A stretch of 64,000 nt of DNA from the human T2T-CHM13v2.0 reference genome, Homo sapiens. Location: assembly GCF_009914755.1 (NCBI RefSeq), contig NC_060943.1; one strand, given 5' to 3'. Below, in pieces: positions 1 to 41,077 of this stretch (positions within the stretch are counted from its first letter, which is position 1; every line of letters begins with the position of its first letter). Position numbers and translations under genes: made by a program. The notes under the pieces were generated by a model. That model made no database searches, had not been told where the DNA came from, and saw nothing but the letters and a program-made list of their open reading frames with translations.

Positions 1-413
1 AAGAAGGAAGAAAATCACTTTTAGTTTTATCATCCAAAGATGACACCCTTCTTCAATATTTTGAATAATTCCACCCTGTCCTTTTCTAGCTATGGGGCTG
101 TTATCTGACTGGTGGTAGCATTTTATTCCCTGTCACTGTTGTTGGGGTTGTGACAGATATTTCCCTCATCTATTATAAATGTTGTAAACCCACCCCTAAT
201 AACTGCATCTTATTTCATGCAGGGGCTACCCCATAACTTACTGACCTTTTCTGTTTTGTCATGAAGTGGGTTGGCCAGGAGCTGTACCCAGGCAGAGGAC
301 ATGAAGAAATTGCCCTGTGACAGGAGCCAGGGAAACCACAGCGGAGGGCTGGAGGCTGGGGTGCTGGTTTTGCTGGCTCGGCCTGGTTCCCAGAATGCAA
401 AGCCCATTTTTCT

Positions 414-1350
<937 letters not shown>

Positions 1351-1537
1351 ACCTGCTGGGGAACCAGGACTCTTCGCTGGGAAGAGGCTCTGCCCCACCA
1401 TGTGACCCCATCTAGACCTTGGAGTCTCCGTAGGTAGGCCCACCCACAGTGATGCTCCTAATTGCAGCCCAAGGGTCGGTGGCTCAGCTCTCCCCGTCCA
1501 GGAGATACAGTTAGCGTCAGAAGAAACGGGAAACTCA

Positions 1538-2215
<678 letters not shown>

Positions 2216-3229
2216 CCCAATAAAGAACATTCTCAATAAGTAGCGTTTCATGCTTGGCCTTGATTTATTGCACTCACATGCAGATGTCAGAGTGTGTTTT
2301 TAATAATTTCCTCGAAACCTCTGCCTGGCTTCCCAGCATGTTTAAGATGAAGTCTGGCGATCTGCCTGTGGCCTTCCAGGCCATTTCAAATCTGGCACCT
2401 CTCCATGTTCTCCTCCCCCATCCCCCTGTCTTGCTGACCTACAAGCAGGTCTGGCCTCAGGGATCTTGGCGGTTCCCTGCCCCCACGGTATTGCGCTCTT
2501 GGGGAGGCCCTCCCTGACCGCCCGTCTAAAGTAGCCAGGGCCACTGTCTCCTCCGTGCCTCATGCCATGGTCTGACATCCCCGTTCCGTCCTCAAGGTGT
2601 CCTCTGGCTGCCAGCAACTGGCCCCTCGAGGTTAGGGACTTTGCTCCTAGGTGGCTGCTGAGCTGCAGCATCAGGTCCAGGCCCCATGGGGGAGGAGGCT
2701 CTTGAGGTTTATTTGTGGAATATGTGAATGAACGCTACGCATAGAAGAACCGTTTTGTTTTTGCTCTGTCCTCTGCATGAGCTTTGTCAGCACCTCTGAA
2801 ATGTACTCATGTGTTGGGGACTTCTCTCTGCAGCCCCTGGGACCCCTTTACCTAGTGGATCCCAAGGGACTGTGTGCAGAAAAAAACCTGAAACGAGAGC
2901 CCCAGAAAAGCCTGTGGTGGGGGTAGCGGAATGGTTCCCCCCTCTTGCTAATGTTTTTCCATGATGGAGTTCTAGGTTTTTTGTTTTCCTATTTTTTAAA
3001 TTAAATTATATATTTTTTAAATTATTAATTTTAATTTTGATTTTTTTTGTAGAGAGGGGGAGTCTCGCCTTGTTGCCCAGGCTGGTCTTAAACTCCTGGC
3101 CTCAAGCAATCCTCACTCCTGGGCCTCCCAAAGCACTGGAATTGCATGCGTGAGCCACTGCACCCAGCCAATTTAATTTCAATTTTTAATGATAGTTGGG
3201 TTTTCCTAATGAGAGAGATAACCCAAACC

Positions 3230-3745
3230 CTGCAGGGGCGGCAGGGGCTGGGGTCGCCAGAGGCGGGGGCGGTGCGGGAGGGCCGCGCAGGTCATGTCCC
3301 GGGGACTGGGGCCGCTCCTGGGGTAGGGAGCCAACCCTGCACGCGCGGCCCCGGCCTGGCCCGACGGGGTTAGCGAACTCCCCCGGAGAAAAGCCCGGTC
3401 CCAGCTCTCCACGCTCCCTGGCAACGGAGCCCGCGTTCCAGTGTCCTCGTGTCCCCGAGCCCCCTAGAGGCGGGGTATCATCTCATCCCCTGCATCTCCA
3501 CCTGCACGTCCCCGACACCCCCCCCCCCGCCCCGCATCACCTGCAACCGGAAGGCCACCGCCGCCCTGAACCGTCGCATCCCCTCACCCCTGTCCTCCTG
3601 CCAACTCAGCCCAGCACCCTGACACTGCCTTCCAGGCCACACCCCTGGTCTTGCCTCCAACATTTCCCCCACCCCCACACTTCCGCAGCTCAACCTGGGA
3701 CGTGTCGCCATGCGCGAGCTGGGGTGGGTGGGTGGGGGGGGTGAC
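3230..3745. promoter_or_regulatory. Intronic CpG/GC-rich island in WDR88 intron 1
   Basis: Dense CpGs, GC boxes, RFX-like CTCCCTGGCAAC, G-run GGGGTGGGTGGGTGGGGGGGG at 3721-3741. Confidence 0.55.
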
Positions 3746-3784
3746 ATCTTCAGGCTTCCCTGCTCTGTCCTCTTTTTTTCCCCC

Positions 3785-7660
<3,876 letters not shown>

Positions 7661-8714
7661 CCCACACACCTGTCAGAGAACGGAAGTCCTGGCTGTGTTT
7701 GGGGCCTAGGATGTCATCTCTCTGGGTCTCCTTCTCATCTGGAAAACTGAGCTCCATCCACAGAGACTGGATGGCCAGGTCTGTGTGGTCACAGAGGACA
7801 GAAAGGTGTCCAGGCCTGGGACCTGTTCATGAGGGGTGGTTGGAAGAGGCAGGCCTGGGTGCAGATCAGCACCCCAAGGTGCAGCAGGCAGGGGCACCGG
7901 GGATGGGGCTGTGAGGTTCACATGAGGTTGCAGAGGTGGCTCCTGGAGCCCTTCTGGGGACTGCAGGGCATGGCCAGCAGGCCCAGGCAGTGCAGATCAC
8001 TCAGGAGGGCTGGGGAGGAGCAGGGCTGGGGGAAGGCAGTGGCCATGAGGCCAGGCTGCAGAAGGCTGTGTGGCTGGGGCTGGGACTCATGGGAGAGGAC
8101 GGTCAGTTGTGAGTTTTGCAGCATCTGGCTTCAGGGACAGGAGTGGAGGGAGTTGAGGCTGGTTCCTGGGTTCTGGTTTGGGTAACGGGGAAGAGGATAG
8201 CCCCTCACCCTACAGACGACCTCAAGGGAATGTTTTCTCTGGTATTTCCTGCTAGGGGGACAGATACTCGCATGAAGATCGGAAATAAAGACATCAGTTG
8301 AGTGGTTCTTAGGATGGTACAGGCAAAAGGATTTAAGGGTTTGGAACAGAGGATTTTTTTGAGACATTATCAGTCAATCCCCACTATTGTCTGTTTTTGT
8401 TTGTTTGTTTGTTTTTAATGAATTTAAGACCATTGGCCTATAACTTCATACTTGCTCTTTTGTGAAATGGAAATGGGAGAAAATATGCATACACACACAC
8501 ACACACACAGCCACAAGATATAATCTGTGCCAAGGGCATGACAACTGGGCAGGAGGGTTTGTGGTGGACCCCACGTTTAGGACTTACCAGCTGTGTGACC
8601 CTGGGGGGTTGCATGACCTCCTGGGCCTCCCTGGGTCTGCCCATGCTGCACAGGACCAGTTGTGTGAAGGGGCTGCCCCGGGGCTCAACTCACCTCCACT
8701 CCCGCCCTCCGTAG

Positions 8715-13188
<4,474 letters not shown>

Positions 13189-13519
13189 TAGATTCTGCAA
13201 AGACTTTTTGGCCAGTAGGAAAGGAAAACACAATCTGTTTGCAGCTCTGCCCCCAGCATGGCCAGTTTCCACCTGGTGTCTGGAATTGCGGGGTAATTTC
13301 CCATGGATGCCAGGAATGGCAAGGGTGTCCTTCCCGCTCAGGGGACGGACATGTTGCAAAGTCCTTTCCTCTTTCGGAGCTGAGTGAGAGTCCCAGGACC
13401 TTGGAGTTCTCAGATTTTGCTACCAGAGATAAGCTAAGGGCTAATGTTGACCTCGATTTACGACTTCAGCAAACACGGCAGTGACCACTCTCTTCTCCTC
13501 TCTCTCCCGTTGATTTGAG

Positions 13520-13608
13520 GATCCGGTGGACGGTTCTGTGGTTCGCGATTTTGAGCACAGGCCCAAAGCTCCTGTTGTAGAGTGCAGCATCACCGGCGAC
13601 AGCAGCAG
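13520..13608 (+). CDS. WDR88: WDR88 exon 3 (DPVDGSVVRDFEHRPKAPVVECSITGDSSR)
   Basis: Pyrimidine tract then tttgag| acceptor, CAG|GTGACC donor; 89 nt, phase 0 to 2; completes the W-D of repeat 1. Confidence 0.92.
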
Positions 13609-13699
13609 GTGACCTTTCCCTCGTCTTACACTGGGAAGAGGGAGGGTGAGCAGGCATGCCATAAATAGGTATGCCTGTGACATTTTTGTTTTTGTTTTA

Positions 13700-16303
<2,604 letters not shown>

Positions 16304-16313
16304 TTATTTCCAG

Positions 16314-16377
16314 AGTCATTGCCGCATCCTATGATAAGACAGTGAGGGCCTGGGACCTGGAGACAGGCAAGCTGCTG
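16314..16377 (+). CDS. WDR88: WDR88 exon 4 (VIAASYDKTVRAWDLETGKLL)
   Basis: tttccag| acceptor, CTG|GTACGT donor; 64 nt, phase 2 to 0; WD40 motif. Confidence 0.96.
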
Positions 16378-17119
16378 GTACGTATGCCTGTCCAGTGGGG
16401 GCGTTGGTTGCAGCCCAGGGGCTTGACCAAGCCTCAGGCAGCTTTGGGTTGGACCCTGGGTAGGGGGAGGTGATAAAACTCCATTCTTCTAGGAAGGAGG
16501 CATGTTCCTGGGGATGGAAGTACAGATGTGAACTGCACCCACAACAGCCATTGCTTGCAAAAAGTCTGGAGGGTGAGAGGGTGGGCACTGGGGGAGGAAG
16601 ACTCCTGGAGGAGGCGGATGGAACCAAGGCTTCTGCTTGAAAGATGGGATGGGTTTGGATACACAGAAAGAAGCCAGAATTGGGGGTGGGGTGTGGGGGC
16701 TGGTATTCCAGGCTCCCCGGTAAGATGTTTGGATTTGATTAGACAGGAAGTGGGGCTGAGGCCATGGGACAAAGGCCATGTGCCCCCAAGAACCAGGGTT
16801 CTGGCCCTTACCAGTCTGTTCTCTTTATATCTTGGAGGGGGTCACTCTCCGTCCATCCCACAGGCTCAAGACTCCCACTCGGCCCTGCACCCCTTCCAGG
16901 CACCCTCAGCTCTGCTCAGGGGCCTCCTCGGGGTCTCCTGCCTCACCCCTGCCGTCCCTCCCTCTCAGCTCCTGCAGGCCTTTTCTGTCCCTTCCTCCTT
17001 CCTTTCCTTAAAAAACAACCTTTCTTGTTAGTGCAAAGGTCAGTTTGTATTCATTGTAAACATTTTTAGAAAGACAAGATAAGCCAAGTTTTTATTTTAT
17101 GATGACGATGATGATGATT

Positions 17120-19285
<2,166 letters not shown>

Positions 19286-19849
19286 TCATATGTGCTTTGT
19301 GTTTCTTTTTATCGATGTGGCACTATGCCATGTGCACTGCCCCACAGCTTCCCTAATAGCCCCTAAGAGCCCACTTGACACTCTGACCCCACCATGCTTC
19401 AGACTCCAGCTTTGCCCCACACTGCTCCATGATCCGGCCCAGGCCTTTGCAAGCACTGTTCCTTCTTCCTGGAGTGCTCTTCCATTTCTGCTTCCCTTGC
19501 TGGCTTTTCGGGCCCTTCCTGGACCCCTCAGGGTGGCCAGGCTTATGTTGTCTGGGCCTTGGTGGCCCGTGCACTCATCTCATGATCTGTGGCATGTGGC
19601 AGGTCGTTGCCTGGTCCGGGGTGTCTCCTCCATCAGACTGGCAGCTCTGCGGGGGCAGGGAACCTGCTGTGCTCCCGGTTCAAAGCCTGGGACATAGTAG
19701 TCACTCAGGAATGTTTGTGCAGGTGTGTAGCTCCTGATGAAAACTGGAATTGTGTTTTGTAATCGTCACTGGCTGGGGAAGTCGTGGGAGTCCTCCAGCC
19801 CAGCAGGTGGAAGGCGTGGTCTCAAGTCCCTTTCCTCCGTGTTCTGCAG

Positions 19850-19979
19850 ATCATCACACAAGGTCCATCACGTCATGCTGCTTTGACCCCGACAGCCAGA
19901 GGGTGGCTTCTGTCTCATTGGACAGGTGCATCAAGATCTGGGATGTTACATCCCAGGCCACGCTGCTCACCATCACTAA
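19850..19979 (+). CDS. WDR88: WDR88 exon 6 (DHHTRSITSCCFDPDSQRVASVSLDRCIKIWDVTSQATLLTITK)
   Basis: ttctgcag| acceptor, TAA|GTGAGT donor; 130 nt, phase 1 to 2. Confidence 0.96.
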
Positions 19980-20267
19980 GTGAGTTGGACCCCAGGAGGC
20001 CAGAAGGGAGTTTGGGTGGGGCGTCCCCATTCATGACTTCCTGAATTCCACATAAGCCAGCATCCATGTGGACACGTCTGTAGCTTGGTCATAGGTGCTC
20101 TGAGGAGGCTGGGGACAGGCAGGCAGGAGGGAGCCATCAGCTGTGGCCTGTGGGCTGGGCTGGGCCTCAGATGCATTTGTTTCAATGTGAGCCACTAGTG
20201 GAAATCATTGTGCAGAGAAGTCCACAAAAGGTGAAGTTCCAGCATCTCCTGTAAAATGGGAAGGTCT

Positions 20268-22460
<2,193 letters not shown>

Positions 22461-22838
22461 CACACTGTGGTTTTCATTTACACTGTCATTCATATTGTTT
22501 TTCTCCTATAGGTAAAAAGTCATTTCTCTCTTGCTGCTCTGAAGATATTTTTGTTGTCCTTAGTTTTCTGAAGTGTAATTATGTGTCTGGGTGTAGATTT
22601 CTTTGGATTTATCCTGTTGGGTTTTACTCAGATTCTTGAATCTGTAGGTTTATATATTTTGCCAAATTTGGTAAAATTTCAGCCATTTAAAAAAATTACT
22701 TTTAAAGTTGACTCCATCTTGTCCAGAACTGTACGTGCAGCATAGCCATTTTCCCCAAACTTCTGTACAGGTGAAATGGCCTTCTACGAGAAGTGGGATT
22801 TATGTGAAATGAGAGTCCATAGAGATACCTCTGGTTTA

Positions 22839-23381
22839 TTTATTTATTTATTTATGTATTTATTTATTTAGAAATTGCTATGTCTTTTTTTTTACTTTAA
22901 GTTCCAGGACACATGTGCAGAATGTGCAGGTTTGTTACATAGGTACACATGTGCCACGGTGGTTTGCTGCATCTATCAACACGTCATCTAGGTTTTAAGC
23001 CCCGCATGTGTTAGGTATTTGCCCTAATGCTCTCCCTCCACTTGCCTCCCACCCCCTGACAGGCCTCAGTGTGTGATGTTCCCCTCCCTGTGTCTATGTG
23101 TTCTCACTGTTCAACTCCCACTTATGAATGAGAACGTGTGGTGTTTGGTCTTCTGTTCCTGTGTTAGTTTGCTGAGGATGATGTCCCTGCAAAGGACATG
23201 ATCTCATTCTTTCTCATGGCTGCATAGTATTCCATGGTGTATATGTACCACATTTTCTTTATCCGGTCTATCATTGATGGGCATTTGGGTTGACACGAAG
23301 TCTTTGCTATTGTGAATAATGCTGCAATAAACATACGTGTGCATGTGTATTTATAGAAGAATGATTTATAATCCTCTGGGT
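22839..23381 (-). mobile_element. 5'-truncated L1PA 3' end with 14-bp target-site duplication
   Basis: L1PA text (catgtgcagaatgtgcaggtttgttacataggt); ATACCTCTGGTTTA at 22825-22838 and 23382-23395. Confidence 0.85.
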
Positions 23382-23834
23382 ATACCTCTGGTTTAAACCT
23401 CAATGACAGTGTCTGGCTGCTGGGAGAGCTTGCAGTCAAACCTCCATGATATGCCAGCATGGTTCTTAGCTCACCAGGCACTGGGAATTGGTGAGGTTTA
23501 TCCCGGATGCCCCTGCGAAGTTGACATTTCTTCTCCTTTGGCGTTGCTCAGTTTGTGCCTTTCAAAGAACCAAAATGGGTTCCAAAACTCTGATCTGAGC
23601 TCTAGAAAATTGTTTTGCTCAACCTTTTCTTCAGGTCAAATGATTGATTTTATGATCCAGGCTACTCAGAGAAAACTCTGCTTACAAGAGGAGGTGAGAA
23701 TCACAGGAGAAAGACATTGAGGGTTACAAACAAAAAGTGGCAAAATACAGACAGGCTTTTTATTATTATTATTTTTCTGAAAAAGAAGATGCTTAAAAAT
23801 TGGAATGAATAACTTCATTTTTTTTCTGAGATAG

Positions 23835-24059
<225 letters not shown>

Positions 24060-24419
24060 TAGGCCTCCCAAAGTGCTGGGATTATAGGCATGAGCCACTG
24101 CACCCAGCCAAATAACCCACAATTTTATTAATTAAATATACAACACTGAAATATACTTGAATAGCACTGAAGACAAATGAGGATAGGAGTGAGAAAAAGG
24201 GAGAGTGAATAGTTGGGGTGGAGAAGCAGAGGAGTAAGTAAGAGAGGGGTGGAACAGGGGGAGACCACGCCTGACATTGTTGGGGGAAAGATGGGGAGCA
24301 GGAGAGAGCCTCTGTGTAAGCGCCACCCAGCACCAAGCCCCAAAGGCTGTCTGTCAATCAATCACTCCTGACACCAGCTGCTTTTCCCTCCAGCGCCAAG
24401 GGAATACTGCAGAATCTTC

Positions 24420-24600
24420 CCAAATGAGGGCAATTTGTGCCCCAGTGGACATTTGACAATGTCTGGACTCATGTTTTGTTGTCACAACTGGGTGTGGGGG
24501 TTCCTGGCATCTAGCCAGGAGAGGCCAGGGATGCTGCTCCACCTCCTACAGAACACAGGACGGCCCCCACAACTCTGAGTGACCCAGCTCAAAATGTCCA
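24420..24600. mobile_element. MER20-like hAT DNA transposon fragment
   Basis: ggacatttgacaatgtctgg...gtcacaactggg...gaggccagggatgctgct. Confidence 0.7.
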
Positions 24601-25023
24601 CCTTGGTGTGGTTGGCCCAGTGCCGTGGCTCACGCCTGTAATCCCAGCACTACTTTGGGAGGCCAAGGCAGGTGGACCACTAGAGCCTAGGAGTTTGAGA
24701 GCAGCCTGGGTAACATAGCGAAACACTGTCTCTATTATTATTTTTCTAAAAATTGGTGCAGTCGAGAAATGCTGGAACAGCGTGACAGTCTGAGCAATTC
24801 ACATCTGGACCATGGTAGGCAGTGATCAAAGGCATGATGAACATGAGCTCACAGGAGATGCTGACCCCCACTTAGGTATGTCTTCAGGTCCTCTTGGGGC
24901 GAAGTGCTAGCATGTGCAGCCCGACCATGAGCTCACAGGAGAAAATACCCCCGGCTTTAGGTATGTCTTCAGGTCCTCCAGGAGCAAAGCGCTAATGTGT
25001 GCACCCCACCATCTGTGTTTCAG

Positions 25024-25211
25024 GGCACATTCCAATGCAATCTCAAACTGCTGTTTTACCTTCAGTGGCCATTTCCTGTGTACAAGCTCCTGGGATAAAA
25101 ACTTAAAAATATGGAACGTCCACACAGGGGAGTTTCGAAACTGTGGAGCCTGTGTGACTCTGATGCAGGGCCATGAAGGTTCTGTCAGTTCCTGTCACTT
25201 TGCCAGAGACA
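25024..25211 (+). CDS. WDR88: WDR88 exon 7 (AHSNAISNCCFTFSGHFLCTSSWDKNLKIWN...GHEGSVSSCHFARD)
   Basis: gtttcag| acceptor, ACA|GTGAGT donor; 188 nt, phase 2 to 1. Confidence 0.96.
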
Positions 25212-25563
25212 GTGAGTAATTAACATGCAGAAGGCCTCCATTCCTGTGGGAGTGCTGGGCAGAGTTCTCCATGTTCCGTTCAAATGGACAGAGAGGCAAT
25301 TTCCAATGATGCTGACAGGGAGGGCGGATTCTTCCCCACGAGAACAAAAAACCCAAGAGGGAAGACCACAGGTACCAGTTTACAGTGGTAGAAACTCAGC
25401 TCAATGTGGCGTATGCAACCAAAGAAATTGATTAATCCTGTAATGGAAAAGTCCAAGAGCACGTCTGACTTCAGGCATGGATGGGACAAGAGAGTCAATG
25501 CTGTTGGGAACCCAACCCTTCCACTCTGTCTTTCAACCTAGCTTCCCTCTGTATCAGCCTTTA

Positions 25564-25716
<153 letters not shown>

Positions 25717-25867
25717 TTAGCTGGGTGTGGTGGTGCACACCTGTAGTCTCAGCTCTTCAAGAGGCTGAGGTGGGAGGATCACTTGAGCCCAGGAGTTTGA
25801 GGCTGCAGTGAGCTATGATTGTGCTACTGCACTCCAGCCTGGGCAACAGAGTGAGACCCTGTGTCTA

Positions 25868-26526
<659 letters not shown>

Positions 26527-27101
26527 TTAATGAATCACTTAGGGGGCAACGAAAGCCTCTGATTGGCCAGGTCTGGGTGACTTGCCCACCTGCAGAGCTA
26601 GGGTTGGGGTCAGAACCCCCTGATGCAGAGGGACTAAGAGTAGGCAAGGAGTGTTTCCCCACAGGAAATTGGGAGCTGTTGCCAGATAAAGGGACATAGA
26701 GGTGAATGGGGGCAGTGACAGGAAGCCACCGCGGCTAGCCAGCTCCAGGGAGGGAAGTGGGTGCTCTTGACACTCAGGAGCCAAACATATGCTCCCCTAT
26801 CCTGGTGAGAAGTGGGGCTTGCTCTGTGTGTCTGGGGGCCTCAGCTGGCACACATGCCACTGGGGCCTGGCTTGAGAAGCACTAGGGTGCTTCTGGGCAA
26901 CTTTCCCTCTTCAGCAGCACCCCTTGTCTAAGTCCCACTGTGAGGCACCCTGCCAGCTTCTGTCCTTGGCTTTATGGGGTTCAGAATCACATGCAGTTGA
27001 GCCAAAATTGTGCCACTGCGCTCCTACACTCTAGCCTGGGTGACGGAGTGAGACTCTGTCTCAAAAAAAGAAAAAAAGAAAGAAAAAAAAAAGAATCACA
27101 T

Positions 27102-28894
<1,793 letters not shown>

Positions 28895-29050
28895 TAATTG
28901 GCTTGGGGTCGTGGAGCCACTCCAGGAAGGGGTTTCAGTGTTGTCAGAGTGAGATGAGGTGGTGCCTCGCCAAGGCATCTTCAGCTGGCTTTGGGCTCAC
29001 TTGGCTTGGAAAGTTGACCCCCATCTCCACCCTTTCATTTTCTGTTGCAG

Positions 29051-29133
29051 GCTCTTTTCTCATTTCTGGAGGGTTTGATAGGACTGTGGCTATTTGGGAT
29101 GTAGCAGAAGGCTACCGGAAGCTCTCTTTGAAG
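29051..29133 (+). CDS. WDR88: WDR88 exon 8 (SSFLISGGFDRTVAIWDVAEGYRKLSLK)
   Basis: ttctgttgcag| acceptor, AAG|GTACAT donor; 83 nt, phase 1 to 0. Confidence 0.96.
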
Positions 29134-29526
29134 GTACATGTGGCCAGCATGAGATTGAGGATCTGAACTTCCCTCCCGAGTCCTTCCTGTGCTCAATGCT
29201 GGTTGCTGGGGACACAGCTGTGAGTGACACAGGCCTTGATGCCTCTGTGGGCTGATGAAGGACAGACAGGAAGCCAGCAAACACACCACCGACTGTGAGG
29301 AGTGAAATGGAGAAACCACAACAGGGTGACATGATGGGGACAGAGGCGGGGGACCCATCCACATTGCATGGGCAGAGCTTCCTGGAGAAGGAGGTGTTTG
29401 AGCTGAGAACAGAAAGGACTACATAAGTGGGGATCTTGAAGAAGAAGGGCAGTCCAGGCAGATGGAACAGCTGATGCAAAAACCCTGAGGTGGGAGTGTC
29501 TAAGAACAGCAGAAGTTACTGTGCAG

Positions 29527-32902
<3,376 letters not shown>

Positions 32903-33384
32903 GTAAAAGTGGTCAAGCTTACAATATCGATCACGTTCGCCAGGATTGGTGATAGTGGAAGAGTTATTGCCAAGTATAAAATTCCTGGGTGGGTTCGGTG
33001 AGCTGTACCTGACCGGGCCATCGTGTTCACGGAGCTGCCTGGGAATGTGGACAGCATGTCCTTCTATGCGCAAACGCGATGAGTTTGGAGTTTCCAGGTA
33101 TTTCTGTGTCTGTACCGTTGACATTTGAACTTTGTTGGAAAAAGAGTCTGGCTGGATCAGTGAGCAATGGAGCCAATGGGGGACTTGAAGGGAAAGCATC
33201 AACTCATGGATAAGCCTTTGACACTGCCCAAGGTCCGGGGGGGTCTCCCTTTCCTGCAGCACTGCATCTTGAGATTCCCATTCCACTGGCACATAGCAGC
33301 CAGCCCAGGATATCCCAACAGCTGTCCTGCAGGTGTGAACCCCGGAGAAGTGGGGACCTACTCCGCCCTCCACCCATATTAGAG

Positions 33385-33879
33385 CAGCAGTCCCCAACCT
33401 TTTTGGCACCAGGGACCAGTTTCGTGGAAGACAATTATTCCATGGTTGGGGGGCGGGGGATGGTTTTGGGATGGTGCAAGAGCATTACATTTATTGTGCA
33501 CTTTATTATTATTACATTGTAATATATTATGAAATAATTATACAACCCACCATTATGTAGAATCAGTGGGAGCCCTGAGCTTGTTTTCCTGCAACTAGAT
33601 GGTCCCATCTGGGGGTGATGGGAGACAGTGACAGATCATCAGGCATTAGATTCTCATAAGGAGCACACAGCCTAGATCCCTTGCATGCACAGTTCACAAT
33701 AGCCTTCGTGCTCCTGTGAGAATCTAATGTGGCCACTGATCTGACAGGAGGTGGAGCTCAGGTGGTAAAGCTAGTGACAGGGAGCAGCTATATATACAGA
33801 TGAAGCTTCACCCCTGCTCACCTCCTGCTGTGTGGCCCATTTCCTAACAGGCCACAGACTGGGGGGTCGGGGACCCCTT
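33385..33879 (+). mobile_element. MER1A copy 2
   Basis: cagtccccaacctttttggcaccagggacc...ggggacccc; probable 8-bp TSD tattagag/tatttgag. Confidence 0.85.
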
Positions 33880-34198
33880 TATTTGAGCATGTCATGTTCT
33901 AGGCTAGAGGTTTCTAAATCCAGGAGACTGTGGGAGAGGCGCTGCCTAGCATGATCAACTTTTCAGAGAGCCAACTTGGAATACAAACATATCAGAAAAA
34001 AAAAACAACAAACCCATAATAATACAATATATAGCAAAAGATTATATGCCTATATGTTACTACTTTAATATAAAAATAAGAAGTAAAGGTTTACTTGAAA
34101 TTATACATTATTTTATATTTTTTACTTTTTTGTTCCATGAATATTATTATTTAAGCAAAACAACAGGACTAGTGAACAGCGACAATTAGTAGTAATTA

Positions 34199-35570
<1,372 letters not shown>

Positions 35571-35687
35571 ATTTTGTAGGTTATATTATATATTCTTAAG
35601 ATATATAGAGGTAAGACTGTTTAAAAAAGAGAACACAAATAAAATAGGATTGATTAAATACATATTACTTATATTTAATGTAAAGCA

Positions 35688-38280
<2,593 letters not shown>

Positions 38281-38492
38281 GGTGACAGAGTGAGACCCAG
38301 TCTCAAAAAAAAAAAAAAAAAAAAAAGATTTTACTTACTGGCAACAACAGGTTTTTTGATTTGTAGGCTTTATTTCCCAGCACTCCAAAAGTGTTCAATG
38401 TACTAAATCTATAAGCTTGCTTTGAAAGACCAGGTATTTGTCAATGAAGTCCTTTGCACTATAAATTCACGGTATAGGCTATATCTATCTAA

Positions 38493-38995
<503 letters not shown>

Positions 38996-39611
38996 TAGCG
39001 GAGGCGGGGTTTTCCCATGTTGCCCAGGCTGGTCTCAAACTCCTGGCCTTAAGTGATTCGACCGCGTTGGCCTCCCAATGTGCTAGGATTACAGGCATGA
39101 GCCACTGTGCCCGGCCCATTTTGACATCTTTTCTATGGTCAGAAATGATAATAGCCATCTTGTAGGCACATGTTTAAGGAAGATATCTCTTTCCATTTCT
39201 CTAATTGAAAATCTTGGCTGGGCACGGTGGCTCATGCCTGTAATGCCAGCAATTTGGGAGGCTGAGATGGGCAGATTGCCTGAGCTCAGGAGTTTGAGAC
39301 CAGCCTGGGCAACGTGCCCAAACCCCATCTCTACTAAAAATACAAAATATTAGTGGGGTATGGTGGCGCATGCCTGTAGTCCCAGCTATTCGGGGGGCCA
39401 AGGCAGGAGAATCACTGGAGCCTGCGAAGCGGAGGTTGTAGTGAGCTGAGGGCATGCCACTGCACTCGGGCCTGGGTGACAGAGTAAGACCCTGTCTTAA
39501 AAAAAGAGAAAAAAAGAAAGAAAAAATCTCATTAAGTGCTTCTGTACATTTCGAGGAAGGTGAAAAGTGGCCCCAAACACACTATAGGTGTGTATCACCA
39601 CACCCAGCTAA

Positions 39612-39746
<135 letters not shown>

Positions 39747-39749
39747 TGA

Positions 39750-39935
<186 letters not shown>

Positions 39936-40336
39936 TGAATTAAAGTATCTAAGAGCTGGGAGGATGTTTTTTGTTGTCATGATTTGACAAACCACTTGCT
40001 ATACTGTAGGAAGTATGCTTATTGGTAAGATCTGACAGCTTTAGGCAGCATGAAGTCAACACATCTGTTACAAAAATGACCCCTTTGTTCTCCCACAGGA
40101 TATTTAGTTGCAACTGCTGAATCAAGAAATGTAACATACTCAATGTATCCATTTTTTTATTGCTGCTATAATAAGTTACCAGACTGTACTGTTTAAACAT
40201 TAAACAACATAAATTTAATATCTTACAGTACTGTAAGATAGAAGTCTGATAAGCTCTCACTGGGCTAAAATCTAGGTATCAACAGGACTGCATTCCTTTC
40301 AGGAACTATTATTAACTAAGGTCCATGGTTTTATAG

Positions 40337-40588
<252 letters not shown>

Positions 40589-40984
40589 TAGTAGAGACGG
40601 GGTTTCACCATATTGGTCAGGCTGGTCTTGAACTCCTGACCTCACCCACCTTGGCCTCTCAAAGTGGTCGGATTACAGGCATGAGCCACCGCGCCTGGCC
40701 ATACAGAATAGTTTTACTATTCATCCCTCCTCCTCTTCCCTATAATCCTGGGCAATGACTCATCTATTTATATTCTTCAGTTTTGCCTTTTCCAGAATGT
40801 CATATGGTTGGAATTATACTCTGTAGCCTCTTCAGGTTGGCTTCTATGGCATAACAATGTGCATTGAAGGTTCCTCTGTCTTTTTGTGCCTTGACAGCCC
40901 ATGTCTTTTGATTGTTGAATGACATTCCTTTGTATGGATGTACCACAGCCTGTTTTGTGACCGCTGGTTTGCTATTTGTTTTAG

Positions 40985-41077
40985 GATAGGACCATGAGAC
41001 TGTGGAATATTGAAGAAATTGATGAAATTCCTTTGGTAATCAAGTACAAAAAGGCCGTGGGCTTAAAGTTGAAACAG
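40985..41077 (+). CDS. WDR88: WDR88 exon 10 (DRTMRLWNIEEIDEIPLVIKYKKAVGLKLKQ)
   Basis: tttgttttag| acceptor, CAG|GTTGGT donor; 93 nt; completes the last WD repeat (D.T.RLWN). Confidence 0.94.
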
